Of a stretch of DNA of 55,921 nucleotides, positions 50,144 to 55,921 are shown piece by piece. Position numbers and translations under genes: made by a program. The DNA comes from Octopus bimaculoides (Eukaryota). The DNA lies in NCBI RefSeq assembly GCF_001194135.2, contig NC_068984.1, forward strand, positions 138,549,675-138,605,595, written 5' to 3'. Under the pieces are notes generated by a model. It was not told the origin of the DNA. It saw only the letters and a list, made by a program, of their open reading frames with translations, and ran no database searches. Within the stretch, counting starts at the first letter, position 1, and each line of letters starts with the position of its first letter.

Positions 50144-51074
50144 ATAATAGTAGTAGTAGTAATAATAGTAGTAGATAAGTTTAATCTGTAAGTATTATTC
50201 ACGGTTATGGATTGAACTTACTGACACTTGGATTTCTGAGTTCTTTATTTGCTCAAAGTGGTCTGACCTTGTTCCTATGAACATGTCACTCCTAGAAATA
50301 CGCATGTATGTATGTGTGTATTTGTGTGCGTATGTATTTAGGTAGGTATATACGTACATATGTACGTATATGCNNNNNNNNNNNNNNNNNNNNNNNNNNN
50401 NNNNNNNNNNNNNNNNNNNNNNNNNNNNCCTCGCGTTGTTGTTTTTCCTTGCTTGTTCTTATTTGGATTGACTATGTATGTATGTATAATGCAAAATATA
50501 AGTTAGTCCTAGACTGCACAATATTCCTAAAGGTCAGCAATGGTCATCCTCAATCATGAGTGGACGGCCATCACACCCACACACAGAGACCTGCACGCAT
50601 GCACATACCCACACATACCTCCTTCTCTTGCACTCTCCTGTCTGAGAAAGAACTTTTTCTTCACCCATTCCCTTCCGGTCATTTCAATATGTGACCGCGT
50701 GTGTATCGTTGGCGATTTTCTTTCTCCGCCTTCCCTTCTTTGGACTTTTTCTATATTTCTGATGAAGAGCTCTGCTCGAAGCATGAAATCCTCTTTCTTT
50801 TCTTTCCTTTCCTGAGCGTCCAATAACACTGTACTTGTACCACGTCCTCGCGTTGTTGTTTTTCCTTGCTTGTTCTTATTTGGATTGACTATGTATGTAT
50901 GTATATGTATGCATGTATGTGTGTATGTACACACACACACATTTACATTACTACTATTACTACTACTAACTAGCTAGCTAACTAACTAACAAACCAATTA
51001 AACATAGTAGTATACAGTAAAAACAGCTATTTATAAATGTCATAGAACTTTAAGAAAAAAATGAAACCTCAGCA

Positions 51075-51410
51075 AACAAATTCATCTACCATTTGGACAT
51101 TCCACTGGAAATAAACAGGAACTGATTACCTGGGTTTTTCCAAACAATCACATCACACAATTGGATCCCAAATGATTCTGCAAAAGAGAAATCTTGGCCA
51201 CCACATTGCCAATGTTTCCATATAAGAAATCAACAGAAAGGTATTTTAACAGACATGCTCTCCTGAGAGAAAAAAGGCTATAAATCAATTGGTACAGTTA
51301 GTTTAGAAGTTGTAAAACATCCAACAAAATATTTGAACAGCCTCGAACCTGTTAAAACTCCTCTATACTATCTGATGTTGAAACTTACAGCACCAATAAT
51401 GCAAGTTTTA
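51075..51410 (+). pseudogene. Helitron (PIF1-like) helicase fossil
   Basis: ELITWVFPN, KREILATT and HPTKYLNSLEPVKTPLYYLMLKLTAPIM match the Helitron RAIL / YP.EFLNSL.P.G.P.H.L.LK.G.P.M pattern; frameshifted. Confidence 0.75.
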
Positions 51411-51574
51411 ACTATATATATATATATATGTCAAATTTACTACTGGAATACAGTATTGATGAAGGAAATTGATTATTTATCAATCATAATCCAGAAACGC
51501 ATCTACTGTTAAACATCGGAATTGGTTAGTTTTTCATTGTTTTTTCTTCTTGTTTTTGCCTTTGTGAGTTACAG

Positions 51575-51627
51575 GTGATGCTATCTGTGGGATTCTCAGC
51601 TTTTTTAGCTGCTATTTCTGAACTTCG
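51575..51627 (+). CDS. Candidate internal exon (53 nt)
   Basis: Long pyrimidine tract, then ttacAG/GTGATG...CTTCG/GTATTT; VMLSVGFSAFLAAISEL(R). Alternative donor at 51736/7. Confidence 0.35.
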
Positions 51628-52075
51628 GTATTTGGTGAAGCAAATATTTGCTGATCCCTTAATTATATTTATAAATATATATGAGCTTTTAAATAAGTTC
51701 TCCACCAATAATGGTGCTTTCATACCGATGGGCTTGGTAAAAATTATTAATTGTTAATTGATTTATTAATTGATAAATTGATAATCCTTNNNNNNNNNNN
51801 NNNNNNNNNNNNNNNNNNNNNNNNNNNNNNNNNNNNNNNNNNNNNNNNNNNNNNNNNNNNNNNNNNNNNNNNNNNNNNNNNNNNNNNNNNNNNNNNNNNN
51901 NNNNNNNNNNNNNNNNNNNNNNNNNNNNNNNNNNNNNNNNNNNNNNNNNNNNNNNNNNNNNNNNNNNNNNNNNNNNNNNNNNNNNNNNNNNNNNNNNNNN
52001 NNNNNNNNNNNNNNNNNNNNNNNNNNNNNNNNNNNNNNNNNNNNNNNNNNNNNNNNNNNNNNNNNNNNNNNNNNN

Positions 52076-52122
<47 letters not shown>

Positions 52123-52703
52123 TACACACATGTGCTTGTGTATGTATCTTTGTGTTTATGCTTGTTCTCCAGCCACCACCACCACCATAAAACTGGATAT
52201 TGTTTATATAATGTGGGATGGCCATGTATTTCCTCTATAGCAAGACACCTGTTCCTGGCCTTCTATCATAGTTTAGCCTGTCAACACTTCCATGTCTCAT
52301 ATATTTCCCAATTGCTACTGAGTTGTAGATTTTTGACCTTTTCCTTTTGCTATGTCCTTTTCTGACCTCACTAGTGCCGGTAGCATACAAAAAACAAAAA
52401 CAAAAAAAAACCTCTCAAAACAAAACAAAACAAGCACCCATTACACACTATATGAAATGGTTAGCATTAGGAAGTGCATCCAGCTGTAGAAACCATGCTA
52501 CGCTGTCACTAGAGGTCAGTACAACCCAGTGACTCATTAGATACTGTCTCATGGTCCAGTCTATGCATAGAAAATGGACATTAAACGATGATGATGATGA
52601 TTATTGTTGTCTAGAAGACTCCATCCCAAAGTAGTCCCAATAAGTGACATCCACTATATTTAGAATTTCCTGCACTCCATTGACAATATCTTATCATCAG
52701 GGG

Positions 52704-52855
52704 AAGGCGGCGATCTGGCAGAAACGTTAGCATGCCGGGTGAAATGCTTAGCGGTGTTTCGTCTGTCTTTACGTTCTGAGTTCAAATTCTGCCGAGGCTG
52801 ACTTTGCTTGTCATCCTTTCGGGACCAATAAATTAAGTACCAGTTGCATGCTGGA
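52704..52855 (+). mobile_element. SINE family A
   Basis: Family sequence. Confidence 0.8.
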
Positions 52856-52969
52856 GGATAATTATTTGTATGGACTTAAAGATTGGTCACTATTTAATAT
52901 ATAATTTAATTATTGCAGGTTTACTATTAAATCTTAAAGTTAGTAGTGTTTAATCTTGCTTATATTTAG

Positions 52970-53023
52970 ATTGAATACTATTGTACATAGGGTAAATGTG
53001 TTTGAAAGTTGTGGTTATCTTTG
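52970..53023 (+). CDS. Candidate internal exon (54 nt)
   Basis: cttgcttatatttAG/...tatctttg/GTAAGT; LNTIVHRVNVFESCGYL(W). Confidence 0.4.
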
Positions 53024-53092
53024 GTAAGTTTGTTCCCAAGCAACACCTCTTTTAGTGTTGTTGACACCACCAGATTGAATGGTACTGTCCAG

Positions 53093-53136
53093 GTGTCGAA
53101 ACCATAATGATATTTGTGAGGCAGCTGATGATGGAG
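53093..53136 (+). CDS. Candidate exon (44 nt; acceptor uncertain)
   Basis: Donor GAG/GTATGT at 53136/7; CRNHNDICEAADDG. Possible acceptors at 53055, 53073 or 53092. Confidence 0.35.
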
Positions 53137-54407
53137 GTATGTTAGATTGTTAGCATGGCTGTTTTTGTATATATGGAATAGTGTTATTACACATCATTTT
53201 GATATATATATATATATATATATAAGACGAGTTTCTTTCAGTTTCTGTCTACCAAATCCACTCACAAGGCTTTGGTTGGCCTTTGGTTGGCCTTGAGGCT
53301 ATAGTGGAAGACACTTATCCAAGGTGCCAAACAGTGGGACTGAACCCGGAACCATGTGGTTGGGAAGCAAGCTTCTTACCACCCAACCATGACTGTGCCT
53401 AATATGATGAACTTGCATCTCATCCAGTTGGGAAAGATCTGATTTTAGTCACTTACACACCAGTTACCAGCCATATATAAGTCTCAAGATAGTACTTGCT
53501 TATTTACTTTCAATAAACAGTAATGCTTTAACTACTGACCGAATTTTACTTCATTGCAATATTGTTTATTTATTTAATCATTACTATTATTTTTTTTATT
53601 TCTCTTTCTCTTTATGTTACCATATATCTTACTTATTGGCATGTGGTAAAGTTTCGACTATTTAAATAAAAGTTCAATTTTCATTCTTACCATATTTCAA
53701 ACAGAGATTTTCTATCATTTTTATTTTTTATTGATATATATATATGTACATATATGTATATATATATGTATATATATGTATATNNNNNNNNNNNNNNNNN
53801 NNNNNNNNNNNNNNNNNNNNNNNNNNNNNNNNNNNNNNNNNNNNNNNNNNNNNNNNNNNNNNNNNNNNNNNNNNNNNNNNNNNNNNNNNNNNNNNNNNNN
53901 NNNNNNNNNNNNNNNNNNNNNNNNNNNNNNNNNNNNNNNNNNNNNNNNNNNNNNNNNNNNNNNNNNNNNNNNNNNNNNNNNNNNNNNNNNNNNNNNNNNN
54001 NNNNNNNNNNNNNNNNNNNNNNNNNNNNNNNNNNNNNNNNNNNNNNNNNNNNNNNNNNNNNNNNNNNNNNNNNNNNNNNNNNNNNNNNNNNNNNNNNNNN
54101 NNNNNNNNNNNNNNNNNNNNNNNNNNNNNNNNNNNNNNNNNNNNNNNNNNNNNNNNNNNNNNNNNNNNNNNNNNNNNNNNNNNNNNNNNNNNNNNNNNNN
54201 NNNNNNNNNNNNNNNNNNNNNNNNNNNNNNNNNNNNNNNNNNNNNNNNNNNNNNNNNNNNNNNNNNNNNNNNNNNNNNNNNNNNNNNNNNNNNNNNNNNN
54301 NNNNNNNNNNNNNNNNNNNNNNNNNNNNNNNNNNNNNNNNNNNNNNNNNNNNNNNNNNNNNNNNNNNNNNNNNNNNNNNNNNNNNNNNNNNNNNNNNNNN
54401 NNNACGA

Positions 54408-54745
54408 GTGAAGGTGCATGGCTCAGTGGTTAGAGCGTTGATCTTACGATCGTGCGGTTGTGAATTCAAATCCCAGACCGGGCTGAGTGTTGTGTTCTTG
54501 AGCAAGACACTTTATTTTACGTTGCTCCAGTTCACTCAGCTGTAATGAAATGAGTTTCGACATCACTGGGGCCAAGCTGTATCGGCCTTTTCCTTTCCCT
54601 TGGATAACACTGGTGGCGTGGAGAGAGGAGGCCGGTATGCATGGGCGACTGCTGGTCTTCCATAAACAAATTTGCCAGGACTTGTGCCTGGGAGGGTAAC
54701 CTTCTAGTTGCAATCCCATGGTCAATTATGACCGAGGGGGGTCTC
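54408..54745 (+). mobile_element. SINE family C, long copy
   Basis: A-box tggctcagtgg, B-box-like gaattcaaatcc, ttcttgagcaagacact. Confidence 0.78.
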
Positions 54746-55763
54746 AGCATATATACAATGGTCTTCTTTTAATTTCTGTCTGCCAAATCCACTCACAAGG
54801 CTTTAGTTGGCCTGAGGCTATAGTAGAAGACACTTGCCCAAGGTACCACGCAGTGGGACTGAATACGAAACCGAAGGGCTGGTTAGCAAGCTACTTACCA
54901 CACAGCCACTCCTGTGCCTATATATATAAAATTTTGAATTTAGTTCACAAACCTCACAGTACTACCTTTGCAGACCACTAGGGGTCCATGGACTCCAGGC
55001 TAGGAAACACTGTTCTAGGCTAACAAAGAATAAGTCCTGGGGTCGATTTCTTCAACTAAAACCCTCTAAGGCAGTGCTCCAGCATGGCCACAGTCCTAAT
55101 GACCGAAACAAGTAACAGATAACAGACTTCTAGTCTATTTCATTTATTTATTTATTTCTTATTTACTTATTTCACAGAACTTTACTAGCAGACACATTTC
55201 TGGTGCCACCCTTGTTATTCTTGACAAAAAATCTAAGGTTCCATCTCTGACATTTTATAATATATAACATATAGCAAGTTTACTCTTTTAAACTAATAAA
55301 ACTAAGACTATTTACTTATAAACTCTATTTAAATATTAACAGTAATTTGTTTTACTTGCTGTATACTTAAATATACCCATTAAATAAAAATACCCCTCAG
55401 CATAAACTATATATAACAAAACTATGACAGAAAATCTTTGTAAAATAATTAAATAAACCCAACTAAGGATTTTAATTAATATCTGCTTTACAATATATAA
55501 GGAGACAGTCAGGAATTGTCACTGTATGCTCGCAAAGGACAGTGGTAAAGAAATTTGATACACTCCCAAAGTTCTGCATAGATGGAAAAAAAAAAAAAAA
55601 TGGAGGAATTGTTGAGTATTTGCTTATGTTTTCGGTGCATATGAACAGAAAATTAATAGGTTAATGGAACATAGATTTCTTAGAAGTCACAGTTGTACTT
55701 AGAAGGAAAATAATAAACTTATACGAAAAAAGTTTGTAATAAACTGTGTGAGTTACTGATAGG

Positions 55764-55764
<1 letters not shown>

Positions 55765-55796
<32 letters not shown>

Positions 55797-55798
55797 TG

Positions 55799-55829
<31 letters not shown>

Positions 55830-55870
55830 TTATGTATGTATGTATGTATGTATGTATGTTTGTATGTATG
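55765..55870. repeat. (ATGT)n microsatellite
   Basis: Direct. Confidence 0.95.
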
Positions 55871-55921
55871 TGATATGTGCATATACTTGCTTGAGTGTTA
55901 TACATATATATGTTTGTATGT

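Noticed and set aside
50429-50487. Direct repeat of 50846-50904 as a tandem pseudo-LTR
   Set aside because: It starts exactly at a gap edge, so a scaffolding duplication is as likely; it cannot be resolved without reads.
51526-51723. RRM-like reading (LLVENL...KGSANICF) on the minus strand
   Set aside because: The spacing between the RNP2-like and RNP1-like motifs is far too short, key aromatics are absent, and splice signals favour the plus strand.

Overview
This is eukaryotic, AT-rich, microsatellite-saturated genomic DNA with 13 N-gaps. The interspersed repeats are ones I recall from Octopus; this is recognition from memory, not a database search. No complete protein-coding gene, rRNA, true tRNA gene or CRISPR array is supportable, and nearly all long ORFs in the track come from microsatellites or gaps. 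Most of the window is five SINE-like families, Tc1/mariner/pogo MITEs and fossils of non-LTR retrotransposons (Dong/R4, CRE, Hero, RTE, Tx1, CR1/L2-like), Tc1, mariner, maT-like and Helitron elements. The most interesting signal is a set of repeats carrying minimal type I hammerhead ribozyme (HHR) cores of the kind found in Penelope-like elements (PLEs). One family joins a Pol III tRNA-like head, an (AAT)n spacer and an HHR tail, and its copies repeatedly show fold-back junctions. A second family forms a 226-bp palindrome with an HHR-like core on each strand. No single copy here has a fully canonical core, so activity is inferred from the consensus. CpG appears to fall off to the right of a CpG-rich patch at about 22.6 kb. 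Six spliceable non-repeat segments downstream join into an open 106-codon frame, hinting at a large unannotated plus-strand gene.
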